This document shows positions 1 to 8,887 of a DNA stretch of 38,877 nucleotides, one piece after another (within the stretch, counting starts at the first letter, position 1; each line of letters opens with the position of its first letter). A program made the position numbers and the translations under genes. Where the stretch lies: assembly GCA_011364905.1 (NCBI GenBank), contig RDNZ01000026.1:1-38877 (forward strand). Direction: 5' to 3'. Origin of the DNA: Candidatus Thorarchaeota archaeon. Its GTDB lineage: Archaea; Asgardarchaeota; Thorarchaeia; Thorarchaeales; Thorarchaeaceae. The notes below the pieces were generated by a model, which worked only from the letters and a program-made list of their open reading frames with translations, ran no database searches and had not been told where the DNA came from.

Positions 1-57
1 ACCAGCACCTGGAGTGTAAATATCGACCTCACTCTACGGTACAACTGGAATCTATAA
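1..57 (+). CDS. 3' end of a CDS entering the window (...TSTWSVNIDLTLRYNWNL*), product unknown
   Basis: Frame 1 is open from base 1 to TAA at 55-57 and is followed immediately by a terminator-like hairpin. Too short to identify. Confidence 0.35.
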   Translation, partial: TSTWSVNIDLTLRYNWNL

Positions 58-68
58 TCGCAATAGTC

Positions 69-104
69 AGTATGGAGAGAACAATCTCCATACTCACACT
101 TTTT
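69..104 (+). terminator. Hairpin plus T-run, putative intrinsic terminator
   Basis: Perfect 10-bp inverted repeat AGTATGGAGA-gaacaa-TCTCCATACT (69-94), then TTTTT at 100-104. Confidence 0.5.
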
Positions 105-309
105 CCTTGAGGAATCTCATGTCAGCTTTTGTGAACATAGAGAATACGTTCTTGCCATATTTCTCACCTAGAACAAATGTCACCACATTTACTGAGTACT
201 TGCTTCAAATACAGAATCTCCTACTTGTATTATGCCGGCTCTAACCCTAAAATCTACTTAATCGGTTAGATTCATATTTCTTCGAGGTGTACCATAATTT
301 TGGAGATGT

Positions 310-1083
310 ATGGTGTCGGATGGGATTGACATACAAACGGAAGGATTGTCAAAGAATTTTGGACCCGTGGTCGCGTTAAACGACCTGAACCTCACAGTTC
401 GCAAGGGAAGTGTGTTTGGATTCTTGGGACCGAATGGAGCTGGAAAAACCACAACAGTCCGTATCTTATCAGGACTTCTGAGACAGACAAGCGGAAGCGC
501 TAGAGTCTGCGGTTTTGATGTCAGTACTCAACGAAATGAAGTAAAAGCACACACAGGGCTTCTTCCTGAGACTCCAGGTCTCTACTCAAAGCTCTCTGCC
601 GTCGAATTCCTTGAATTCATAGGTGCACTGAACGACTTGAGTGGTGAAACCTTGAACAGAAGAATTGACAGTCTTCTTGCACTGATGGGACTTGAGGGGA
701 GGCAGAATGATCTACTTGAGAGCTATAGTAGCGGGATGAAGCAGAAAGTCCTGGTTGCATCAACTGTTTTGCATGAACCTCAACTGGTATTCCTCGATGA
801 ACCGACATCAAGATTAGACCCAGCCGCAAGCGCGCTCGTTAAAGAACTCATCATCGCTATGGCCGAAGAAACCGAAACAACGTTCTTCATCTGTACACAC
901 ATGACCGATTTTGCAGAGGATGTGTGTGAGGTCATCGGGATTCTCAACCAAGGTATTCTCAATACTCTTGGGTCTCCTAACGAGATTGTCAATCAGGTCG
1001 GAGGCAATGATCTGGAGGACGCCTACCTCAAAATTGTCGGCGGTGAGGTTGACAGGACTAAACTCCTCAGCTGGAGGGACTAA
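310..1083 (+). CDS. ABC-2 type exporter ATP-binding subunit (copy 1)
   Basis: Walker A GPNGAGKT, signature YSSGMKQK, Walker B LVFLDE, H-loop CTH; GGAGA RBS upstream. Confidence 0.95.
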   Translation: MVSDGIDIQTEGLSKNFGPVVALNDLNLTVRKGSVFGFLGPNGAGKTTTVRILSGLLRQTSGSARVCGFDVSTQRNEVKAHTGLLPETPGLYSKLSAVEFLEFIGALNDLSGETLNRRIDSLLALMGLEGRQNDLLESYSSGMKQKVLVASTVLHEPQLVFLDEPTSRLDPAASALVKELIIAMAEETETTFFICTHMTDFAEDVCEVIGILNQGILNTLGSPNEIVNQVGGNDLEDAYLKIVGGEVDRTKLLSWRD

Positions 1084-1085
1084 GT

Positions 1086-2738
1086 CTGACCCAAAAATGG
1101 GCAGCAATTGCAAAGACAGAATTCCTTGTACAAACATCAAGACTACATCGGATGCGAAAAGTAGCAACAGTACTCCTCTTACTCTTCGGAATAGTATGGG
1201 CATTATTCATAGTCCCTGAAATTGTGTCGCTTATCTTGCATTCTTTAGGTACTGGCATTGAAGCATTACTTATGGGAAGTTTTCCGGGCTTGATGCGTTC
1301 AGCAATGCTCTTTGTCTGGGTCATCTTCCTTGTATATCCAATCTCATACGCTCTTCAGGAAATCCAGATAGGCCAATGGGAAATCATGCTTAGCAACAAT
1401 GTAAGCACACGCGAAATGATGTTTGGGATGTTCATAGGAAAGATACCTGTCTATGGACTCCTGGTATTATTCGTTGCTCCAATTGTTCTCTCACCCTTTG
1501 CGATATCCTTGCAAGTCGGATATTTGGGTCAAATAATCATGTATCTGACTGTCTTCTTTGTCGCAATCAGTACCTTGTTTCTCTCGACCCTAATCACAAC
1601 TGCAATTCAGGCCAAACTGGGCGAGTCTTCGAGGGGGAATGATATTGCCAAAGCTCTCGCGATGGTTGTTGCTGTTGTGGTACTAATTCCAATGTATGGA
1701 CTGATGTATTTCGCCGATTCAATGTCTGCGGCACTCGGACTGGATGTGTTCCTGCTTTTCCCATTTACATGGGGAGCTGATATCATCTCATGGACTATTA
1801 TTGCTTTCAATGGAATAGGAATCCCGGCTTCTGCATTTCTTGATGTCTTAAAACTGGGGGCGACAACTGACTTAGTGTTGCTTTTATCTTTCACAGGACT
1901 TGTAGTACTTGTGGCCTACAGGTCTGCAGACAGAATCTTCACTTTTGGTGCAGGACCAAGGACAGAGAAGATTACGACAGTCGGTGAGGAGAACCTATTT
2001 TTGAAAGGCGTTCGGAGAGTCTTTACTGGCCCGTTTGGAGCCTTGGTTGCCAATTCCATCAAGGAATTCTCTAGAAAGATGCAAAATGTTTCTAGACTGC
2101 TATATGGCGTTGTCCTCTCTATACTTTTGCCAGTAATCATCAGCTATAGCGTAGGAAATGCACCTGAAGAAATTCCACCCGAATTCAGATGGCTTCTTCT
2201 GATGATTGTAATCATCATGATAGGGATTATGCTCTCTATGATAACTGGGATAACTTTTGGAGGGATAGGATTTCTTGAGTCTAAAGATCAGTTATGGATA
2301 ATCAAATCAGCACCCAATGGAGCCAGAAAATTCGCAAATGCACGACTTGTTGAGTCTTTATTGCTCGCCATTCCCATTGCTATCACACCATCAATCTTTG
2401 CAGCTGTAGTTTTTGGTTTTGGTATTGTAGAAACAGTTGCACTCATAGCTTACGCATACTGGATGACATTCGGATCCGTTCTATTGTGTATCGGCATCAC
2501 GAGCATTAATCCTGCATACGAAAACCAAAAGAGTAGTGCATTTTACATAAACACATTCGCATCCATTTTCCTAATTATACTCTCAATGATGATTTCATTC
2601 TTTCTTTCGTTTAGTATTCTTATGCTTACTAGTAACTTAGGAATGTTCATGGTCGTTATGAGTACTCCATTGGTTATCATTGGTTGTGTGGCTTATCTGA
2701 TAGGTGTATCAAAACTGTCAACAGCTGACATCAGTTAG
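1086..2738 (+). CDS. ABC-2 type exporter permease, multi-pass (copy 1); probable CTG start at 1086 (first ATG at 1152)
   Basis: About 12 hydrophobic segments. Paralogous to 3609..5255 (IGQWEI.LSNNV, RG.DI.KAL, S.DQLWI.KSAPNG, NP.Y). Homology extends 22 codons upstream of the ATG to a CTG preceded by GGAGG. Confidence 0.85.
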   Translation: MTQKWAAIAKTEFLVQTSRLHRMRKVATVLLLLFGIVWALFIVPEIVSLILHSLGTGIEALLMGSFPGLMRSAMLFVWVIFLVYPISYALQEIQIGQWEIMLSNNVSTREMMFGMFIGKIPVYGLLVLFVAPIVLSPFAISLQVGYLGQIIMYLTVFFVAISTLFLSTLITTAIQAKLGESSRGNDIAKALAMVVAVVVLIPMYGLMYFADSMSAALGLDVFLLFPFTWGADIISWTIIAFNGIGIPASAFLDVLKLGATTDLVLLLSFTGLVVLVAYRSADRIFTFGAGPRTEKITTVGEENLFLKGVRRVFTGPFGALVANSIKEFSRKMQNVSRLLYGVVLSILLPVIISYSVGNAPEEIPPEFRWLLLMIVIIMIGIMLSMITGITFGGIGFLESKDQLWIIKSAPNGARKFANARLVESLLLAIPIAITPSIFAAVVFGFGIVETVALIAYAYWMTFGSVLLCIGITSINPAYENQKSSAFYINTFASIFLIILSMMISFFLSFSILMLTSNLGMFMVVMSTPLVIIGCVAYLIGVSKLSTADIS

Positions 2739-2836
2739 TCTGAATTGTATCCTTCAGGTTCTTTCTTGCGTAGATTTTATATTTTATATTCATTCAGAAA
2801 AAAAAACACAATGTGGAAAGCTACGGGGAATTAGAA

Positions 2837-3607
2837 GTGTCTAATGGTATTCAAATTCAGACAGAGAGCCTTTCCAAGAATTTTGGCTCAGTTGTAGCGT
2901 TGAAAAAACTTGATCTTTCTGTGCGTAAAGGTAGTGTTTTCGGGTATCTCGGTCCAAATGGAGCTGGGAAGACAACTACTGTGAGAATCCTATCTGGCCT
3001 GCTGAAACCATCTGGTGGAAGCGCAACAGTATGCGGATACGATGTACGTACACAGCGAAATGCAATCAAGAGTGTTACAGGTCTCCTACCTGAGTCACCT
3101 GGGCTCTATTCAAAGCTGTCAGCGGTAGAGTTTCTTGAGTTCATTGGAGCTCTCAACAACTTAAGTGGAGAATCTCTCCACAACCGGATTGACAGGCTCT
3201 TGGGAATTCTGGGTCTCGAGGGGAGACAAAATGACCTCTTAGAGAGTTACAGTAGTGGGATGAAGCAGAAAGTGCTAGTTGCATCAACCGTGCTTCATGA
3301 ACCCGAGCTTGTATTTCTCGACGAACCAACATCCAGATTGGATCCGGCAGCAAGTGTGCTTGTGAGAGAGATTATACTTGCTATGGCAAGAGAGACCGAT
3401 ACAACCTTCTTCATCTGCACACATATGACTGACTTCGCTGAGGACCTATGTGAGATAATTGGTATTCTGAATGAGGGAGTTCTCACAACCCTAGGAGCAC
3501 CAAATGAAATTATCGAGCAGACGGGAGGCAACGATCTGGAGGATGCCTACCTCAAGATAGTTGGAGGAGAGATAGACCGCGACACACTCCTGAGCTGGAG
3601 GCAGTGA
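2837..3607 (+). CDS. ABC-2 type exporter ATP-binding subunit (copy 2)
   Basis: Same motifs as copy 1, about 80% identical by hand count. GTG at 2837 aligns with the start of copy 1 (ORF track begins at 2813). Confidence 0.95.
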   Translation: MSNGIQIQTESLSKNFGSVVALKKLDLSVRKGSVFGYLGPNGAGKTTTVRILSGLLKPSGGSATVCGYDVRTQRNAIKSVTGLLPESPGLYSKLSAVEFLEFIGALNNLSGESLHNRIDRLLGILGLEGRQNDLLESYSSGMKQKVLVASTVLHEPELVFLDEPTSRLDPAASVLVREIILAMARETDTTFFICTHMTDFAEDLCEIIGILNEGVLTTLGAPNEIIEQTGGNDLEDAYLKIVGGEIDRDTLLSWRQ

Positions 3608-3608
3608 A

Positions 3609-5255
3609 TTGGTCCGAGTCTGGTGGGCCATTGCGAAGGCGGAGTTTCTCGTCCGAACATCCAAACTCCATAGGTCGCGGAAGATTCTATATCCAGCAGT
3701 CATTGGCATTGCATTAACATTTGGGCTTGTAGTAATTCCGCGAATACTTGGATACTTCTTAGCACGGACTGGCTCTGCATTTGAGATGATTTTGGCGACG
3801 TCATTCCCAGGATTTCTTAGAACAATCATGATGGTCCTCTGGATGTTTATACTGATAGTTCCAATCTCGAATAGTCTTGAAAATGTGAAGATTGGACAAT
3901 GGGAGATTCTCTTCAGTAATAATGTAAAGACAAGAGACCTTCTCTTTGGCACATTTGTTGGAAGGATTCCTGTCTATGGCATCTTTGTAATCGCCCTAGG
4001 ACCAATAGTGGTTTCACCATTTGTCTATGCTTACAATGTTTCCATAATTGGACAACTCCTGATGTATCTGGTTATCTTCGTGTTTGCAGTAGTTACAATT
4101 TGGCTATCGACCGTCTTCAGTACAGCAATTCATGCGAAGATAGGTTCATCGCCCCGAGGTGATGACATCGGGAAGGCGTTGAGCTGGGCGATTGTACCTC
4201 TTGTGGCAGTACCTGCTATGGGATCAATGTATTGGATGAATAGTGTAGTATCGCTATTCAATCTGGATGCATCAATGATTCTGCCTTCAACTTGGTCTGC
4301 GGATATCTTAACTTGGATAGCTATGTACACCGGATCGCTCAGGCCTTCATCAATATTGAATCTTGAGCTATACTGGTTTGCAGTTAGCCCAATCGTTGAT
4401 ATGCTACTACTGGGCATCTTTTCCGCAACTGTTCTATTTCTTGGCTTCAAGAGTGCAGACAGATTATTTGCCTATGGAGCAAGTCCAGGAAGTCAGAAAG
4501 TCGCTCGAGCAGGACCTGAGAACTTATTCATCAGAGGAGTACGCAAAGTCTTTGGAGGACGATTTGGGACTATTATTGCAACATCATTCAAAGACTATAC
4601 AAGAAAGCTCCAGAATATTGCAAAGTTATCATATGGACTCTTCTTGGCTTTTCTCATACCCTTACTCATAGGATTCGGGCCATTTGCCACCATAGTTGAT
4701 GACCCAATCTTTTTGCCAGTCATGGCATCCCTAATGACAGGATTGATGTTAGGAATATTCTCAGGAGTCATATTTGGTGGAGTCGGACTACTAGATAGCC
4801 GTGATCAACTCTGGATTCTAAAAAGCGCACCGAATGGAGTTCCGAAGTTCATCACTGCTCGAGTAGTTTCATACATGATGGTGGGGATACCATATGCAAT
4901 GTTACCAGCTTTGTTCACTGGACTATTGCTAAACTTTGCCTTAAACGAGATTCTACTGACGGTGGCCTTTGTCTATTCGATAGTATTGGGCGGCATCTTC
5001 GTTGGGGTTGGTATCACAGCATGTAATCCATCATACCAGGATACATCCAGCGGTGCGTTCGTCATTAACACAATCGCGTCAATTGTCATAATGATGATTT
5101 GCGTAATTGCATCAATAATACCGGGTGTGATGGTCGCAATCAACCAGGGTGTGTTTGCACCTGCTTTAACCATAGCAAGTGTTCCCGCGCCGCTCATTGG
5201 TCTCATTATATTGATGGTTGGAATGATACGACTAACTCTCATGGAGGCAGATTGA
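3609..5255 (+). CDS. ABC-2 type exporter permease, multi-pass (copy 2)
   Basis: TTG start with GGAGG RBS at 3597-3601, directly after the ATPase; many TM segments; paralog of 1086..2738. Confidence 0.85.
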   Translation: MVRVWWAIAKAEFLVRTSKLHRSRKILYPAVIGIALTFGLVVIPRILGYFLARTGSAFEMILATSFPGFLRTIMMVLWMFILIVPISNSLENVKIGQWEILFSNNVKTRDLLFGTFVGRIPVYGIFVIALGPIVVSPFVYAYNVSIIGQLLMYLVIFVFAVVTIWLSTVFSTAIHAKIGSSPRGDDIGKALSWAIVPLVAVPAMGSMYWMNSVVSLFNLDASMILPSTWSADILTWIAMYTGSLRPSSILNLELYWFAVSPIVDMLLLGIFSATVLFLGFKSADRLFAYGASPGSQKVARAGPENLFIRGVRKVFGGRFGTIIATSFKDYTRKLQNIAKLSYGLFLAFLIPLLIGFGPFATIVDDPIFLPVMASLMTGLMLGIFSGVIFGGVGLLDSRDQLWILKSAPNGVPKFITARVVSYMMVGIPYAMLPALFTGLLLNFALNEILLTVAFVYSIVLGGIFVGVGITACNPSYQDTSSGAFVINTIASIVIMMICVIASIIPGVMVAINQGVFAPALTIASVPAPLIGLIILMVGMIRLTLMEAD

Positions 5256-5259
5256 AGCA

Positions 5260-6765
5260 ATGCGAGTTTCAAAACCATTCCTATTCATCCTCACTATTAT
5301 GCTAATGTCTATGACAGCAACGCCTGTCGAGATGTATGGAATTACGAATGATTATTCCCCGAGATTCACTATGGCCGAGAACAAAGAGATTACAGGAGTC
5401 CCATATGTTTGGCAAGAGGCCAATGGATTCTGTGTTGCATCTGCATTGTCTATGGTCCTGCAAAGCATGGGACTTGACCTTGACCTCTATGACACTCTCG
5501 CAGCATCTGGATCAGGGTTTTCTATGGTTTCCATTAGCGTTGACGAGGCGATGACATTCTACCCTGGGGTTATGGTCCGCCAAATACCATGGATCGAATT
5601 CTTCACAGACCTCTATGGTTTGAAATTTCAATTCTATCTGGACTCAAGTACTGACTATGGTGGGAATGCATTACTGACAGTAGGACAGACATGGGATATT
5701 GAAGTAAATGACTATGCAGATTCTTCTTTATTAACACCCCTGGGAGTGATACGTGATTCTATTGACTCTGGATATCCGCTAGCAATCGCTGTTGACACGT
5801 ACTACCTTCCACCAGTTGACTGGGACATCGTCAGAAACTATGTTGGACCAATGCAACCTGGTGGGATTAGTCATGCGATTGTGATTGTTGGTTACAATGA
5901 CACCTCTCAGACTGTGCGAATTTATGATCCAGGTGTCGGTCTACTTGAACCATATGTTGGATATCCTGATGATGGCCGCTGGAACTATACAATGTCCTAT
6001 ACAGAATTTGATAACGCGTGGCAAAGCGCAGGTTATGTTACATTCAGACTTTCAAACGGAACCGGTCCTGTAACAGACTTTGAAGAACGTCTTGCCTCAC
6101 ACATCACTCAGAGATTGCTTGGAAATCGAACTTCGTACTTTGAAGGGAATGAGAACTTTTTCTACCTGGGTACGGGAGCTAATGCATTCAGGGGAATGGG
6201 ACTTGACATGACTCTTGAGGTAATTCGGGATTATTGCTTCAATTATCGAGAGGTGGACAAGCCCAATGCGATTAGACTTCTCGGACAGAACCTTGAGGTT
6301 ATGATGACTATACAGTATCTTGCATTTCGGAGTTCATTGCAATCCATACCTGACCTTCTCCCATCAAAGAATTTACAGCCATTCCTTGATGCAGCATCAG
6401 AGGCGTTACCTCACATGGAATCTCTTAGTCATAATGCATCAATCACAAGTGGGATCAATGTCATTCCACGAGACACCCTGCTATACAATACGTTCTTTGA
6501 GATGGCAAGCACCTTTGAAGTTTCACATGATTTGGATTATTCAATTAATGAGTTCACTACCCAATTGGAAGAGATATCCTCACATTTCTTTGCTATTGCT
6601 GATGCATGGGAAGCGGCTGGAAATGCACTCTCTCTGGAACTGGAAAGATCTGGAACCATTCTTGATAACAACTTGTCTATAATCATTGGCGGAGGAGGCA
6701 CCATATTGATAGTTGGAGTGATTCTGGTCGTTTGGAGGAGGAAACCTGTTCAGAATGACAATTAG
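5260..6765 (+). CDS. Secreted, C-terminally anchored papain-fold cysteine peptidase (C39-like/BtrH-N-like)
   Basis: N-terminal signal peptide; VPYVWQ...FCVASALSM (oxyanion Gln and catalytic Cys); HAIVIVGYND (His); YDP (Asp); C-terminal TM helix with basic tail WRRK. Confidence 0.75.
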   Translation: MRVSKPFLFILTIMLMSMTATPVEMYGITNDYSPRFTMAENKEITGVPYVWQEANGFCVASALSMVLQSMGLDLDLYDTLAASGSGFSMVSISVDEAMTFYPGVMVRQIPWIEFFTDLYGLKFQFYLDSSTDYGGNALLTVGQTWDIEVNDYADSSLLTPLGVIRDSIDSGYPLAIAVDTYYLPPVDWDIVRNYVGPMQPGGISHAIVIVGYNDTSQTVRIYDPGVGLLEPYVGYPDDGRWNYTMSYTEFDNAWQSAGYVTFRLSNGTGPVTDFEERLASHITQRLLGNRTSYFEGNENFFYLGTGANAFRGMGLDMTLEVIRDYCFNYREVDKPNAIRLLGQNLEVMMTIQYLAFRSSLQSIPDLLPSKNLQPFLDAASEALPHMESLSHNASITSGINVIPRDTLLYNTFFEMASTFEVSHDLDYSINEFTTQLEEISSHFFAIADAWEAAGNALSLELERSGTILDNNLSIIIGGGGTILIVGVILVVWRRKPVQNDN

Positions 6766-6810
6766 ATGAGTTCATATAAAATAGGAATATCATTCACTAG
6801 TTAACGGAAT

Positions 6811-6832
6811 ATTTATAACACATTGTGTCTAG
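6811..6832 (+). promoter_or_regulatory. TATA box with adjacent palindromic operator candidate upstream of the ArsR-GyrI gene
   Basis: ATTTATAA (6811-6818) directly followed by ACACA-T-TGTGT (6818-6828). Confidence 0.4.
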
Positions 6833-6856
6833 GCTCAGAAAGGTGTTGCGTTCAGG

Positions 6857-7720
6857 ATGAACAGCCAGAGTGATGAAGGGAAGTCAGTGAAGATATCACT
6901 GTCAGCTGAGTCTATAGCTAACTACTTTCTGGCAGTATCTCATCCAAAGAGAATCGAGATTCTGAATCTTCTCGCAGAAGAAAGCATGGATTTCGCTGAT
7001 CTGCTTCGTGAAACTGATTTACGAAAGACTGCTCTCTCAAATCAGCTCACCACTCTCACTGACAGGCATCTCGTCAAGAGGGTGAGCCATGGACATTATG
7101 CTCTCACGACGGACGGCAAGAATGTGCTCCGAGTGATTATTGACACATACAAGAAATCCAGACTTAGAAAAGAAGAGGAGAGGGAGAGAATCCTTGAACG
7201 CTACTCCTATAGAAGTGATGAAACAATGACCAAGGATATACAGGTGGAGATTGTCCAACTCGAACCTATGACCGTAGCCAGTGTTCAAGCGATTAGCAAG
7301 TCTCCTGAGGATGATGCATGGAAGAAGATGGTATCTTTTGCTGAACCTCGGGGATTGTTGAAGGACCTCAAAAAGAATCCTATCTTCGGTTTCAATAGTC
7401 CAGATCCATCTCCAGAGAGCGGGAAATACGGATACGAGTTCTGGATTCGTATCGATCCGGATATGGAGCTGGATGAGGGTGTGACTAAGAAGAAGTTCGA
7501 TGGGGGGCTTTATGCAGTAACTAGATGCAATCTCGCAAAGGAAGTCGCATCCACGTTTATGCAAGAACATGGTATGCTAGAGAGCTGGTTCAAACTCGGC
7601 GAGTGGTTCAAGGCGAGTGGATACAAGATGGGAACGCATCAGGGTCTAGAGAAGTCAATCAATCCGAATAAGCCGGATGAGGACCTCTTACTAGATCTAT
7701 ACTGGCCTATCAAGAAGTAG
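6857..7720 (+). CDS. ArsR-family wHTH regulator fused to a GyrI-like small-molecule-binding domain
   Basis: N-term: AVSHPKRIEILNLL...ALSNQLTTL...HGHYALT. C-term: VEIVQLEPMTVAS...IFGFN.P.P....YGYEFWI...F.GGLYAV...W..L.EW...SGY...HQGLE...LDLYWPI. Confidence 0.85.
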   Translation: MNSQSDEGKSVKISLSAESIANYFLAVSHPKRIEILNLLAEESMDFADLLRETDLRKTALSNQLTTLTDRHLVKRVSHGHYALTTDGKNVLRVIIDTYKKSRLRKEEERERILERYSYRSDETMTKDIQVEIVQLEPMTVASVQAISKSPEDDAWKKMVSFAEPRGLLKDLKKNPIFGFNSPDPSPESGKYGYEFWIRIDPDMELDEGVTKKKFDGGLYAVTRCNLAKEVASTFMQEHGMLESWFKLGEWFKASGYKMGTHQGLEKSINPNKPDEDLLLDLYWPIKK

Positions 7721-7848
7721 CACTTAAAGTGTGGAACAGAGATGCTCTCACCCGTCGGCATGAAGAGTGCAGGGCTTCTATGCTCCACACGTCCTTTTTT
7801 TCTCCTTCGTACTTGTATGTTTCTACTCATCATAGGGGATTTAGGCAT

Positions 7849-8751
7849 ATGGAGAGTTCACTAGAGGATAACGATGCAAATGTTATAGCTGACCTCGAAA
7901 ACCTCGTAGGGATGAAGATTCCTAAGCTACGAAGCATAAAAGCGGGCATCACAGGACTCTATAGTTTTGGATTTGAGGAAGAAGAGCATCAAGTTATAGC
8001 TTTGAGTTTAAGAGGCAGGAATATATCATCATTGCCTTCTTCTATTCACAAATTGAAACATCTTCAGAGGTTATATCTTAGAGACAACGAGCTAAGAACG
8101 ATTCCCGAAGGTGTTTGTAAACTTCCAAATCTTTTGGATCTTGATGTGTTCAACAACAAAATTGAATCCATTCCTGATTCTATTGAACAACTCCAAAAAC
8201 TGGAGAGATTCGACCTCTCTCGAAACTTCACTAGTCAGATTCCAGACACCATTGGTAATTTGAGAAACCTGAAACGGCTCGGACTCATGGATGTGCAGTT
8301 GGAGTTGTTGCCTGACTCTATTGGTAAGTTGAAGAATCTCTGGGACCTAGCTGTTTTCATTAACAAACTAGATACACTTCCAGATTCTATTGGCGAGATG
8401 TCTGGTTTAATCCGTCTTGCAGCTCATAAAAACAACCTTTCGGAAATACCCGATACAATTGGTAGTCTTTCAACTTTGAAGGAGTTGTACCTTGCTGACA
8501 ACAAAATGACTTTGCTTCCAAATAGTATTGGACAGCTCAAAGAGCTAGTGAGCCTGAGGCTTGATGGAAACCAACTCACCACTCTTCCAGACTCTATAAC
8601 CAATCTTTCTCACATCAAAGGTCTTAACCTCACGAGGAACAAATTCACATCTTTTCCTGTTGGCATGAAAAGATGGATAGAGAGATTGGAGAAGGGTGGT
8701 TGCAGAGTAAGGATGGACAAGAAACAGAAACAAAGAAGAACTACTCGATGA
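7849..8751 (+). CDS. Leucine-rich repeat protein (about 10 repeats of 23 aa)
   Basis: Repeating LxxLxLxxNxLxxLPxSIGxL pattern. ATG at 7849 has an AGGGG RBS-like element; the ORF-track start at 7729 is probably too far upstream. Confidence 0.9.
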   Translation: MESSLEDNDANVIADLENLVGMKIPKLRSIKAGITGLYSFGFEEEEHQVIALSLRGRNISSLPSSIHKLKHLQRLYLRDNELRTIPEGVCKLPNLLDLDVFNNKIESIPDSIEQLQKLERFDLSRNFTSQIPDTIGNLRNLKRLGLMDVQLELLPDSIGKLKNLWDLAVFINKLDTLPDSIGEMSGLIRLAAHKNNLSEIPDTIGSLSTLKELYLADNKMTLLPNSIGQLKELVSLRLDGNQLTTLPDSITNLSHIKGLNLTRNKFTSFPVGMKRWIERLEKGGCRVRMDKKQKQRRTTR

Positions 8752-8887
8752 ATCCGAAACTCAATCAGATAGGATGGGAACTATCACGACTGTGGTTGGC
8801 GGTGGCTTTGCAATCATTGCCATTGGTGGCGTCATACTTGTATGGCAACGGAAGAGTCCAATAACGCAGGATGATTCACCAACCTGA
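8732..8887 (+). pseudogene. Orphan C-terminal membrane-anchor coding fragment (or a 37-aa ORF at 8774..8887)
   Basis: Reads KEELLDESETQSDRMGTITTVVGGGFAIIAIGGVILVWQRKSPITQDDSPT*, resembling the peptidase tail SIIIGGGGTILIVGVILVVWRRKPVQNDN*. The frame is closed upstream by TAA at 8708. Confidence 0.45.

Noticed and set aside
1-208. Minus-strand TTG-started frame LKQVLSKCGDICSR-TGA, resembling a CGxxCxxU selenoprotein (DUF3795-like) start
   Set aside because: Two more in-frame TGAs follow in non-Cys contexts, the later Cys motifs are absent, and the region is better explained by a + strand gene end and terminator.
175-272. Three 6-bp-arm inverted repeats upstream of ATPase 1 (AAATGT/ACATTT, AATACA/TGTATT, AATCTA/TAGATT)
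   Set aside because: The arms are short, AT-rich, mutually different and variably spaced, which is consistent with chance.
2798-2806. A9 homopolymer as a phase-variation tract upstream of ATPase 2
   Set aside because: Intergenic A-runs of this length are unremarkable in AT-rich spacers, and variability cannot be judged from one sequence.
310-6765. Classical bacteriocin PCAT system (C39 + ABC with a double-glycine precursor)
   Set aside because: The peptidase is separate and outward-facing, the transporters are ABC-2 type, and no convincing double-glycine leader peptide was found. The GG motifs at 8774 lie in a TM helix.
7729-7848. 40-codon N-terminal extension of the LRR ORF in the track
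   Set aside because: It spans a T-rich terminator-like stretch and is not protein-like; ATG 7849 has an RBS-like element.
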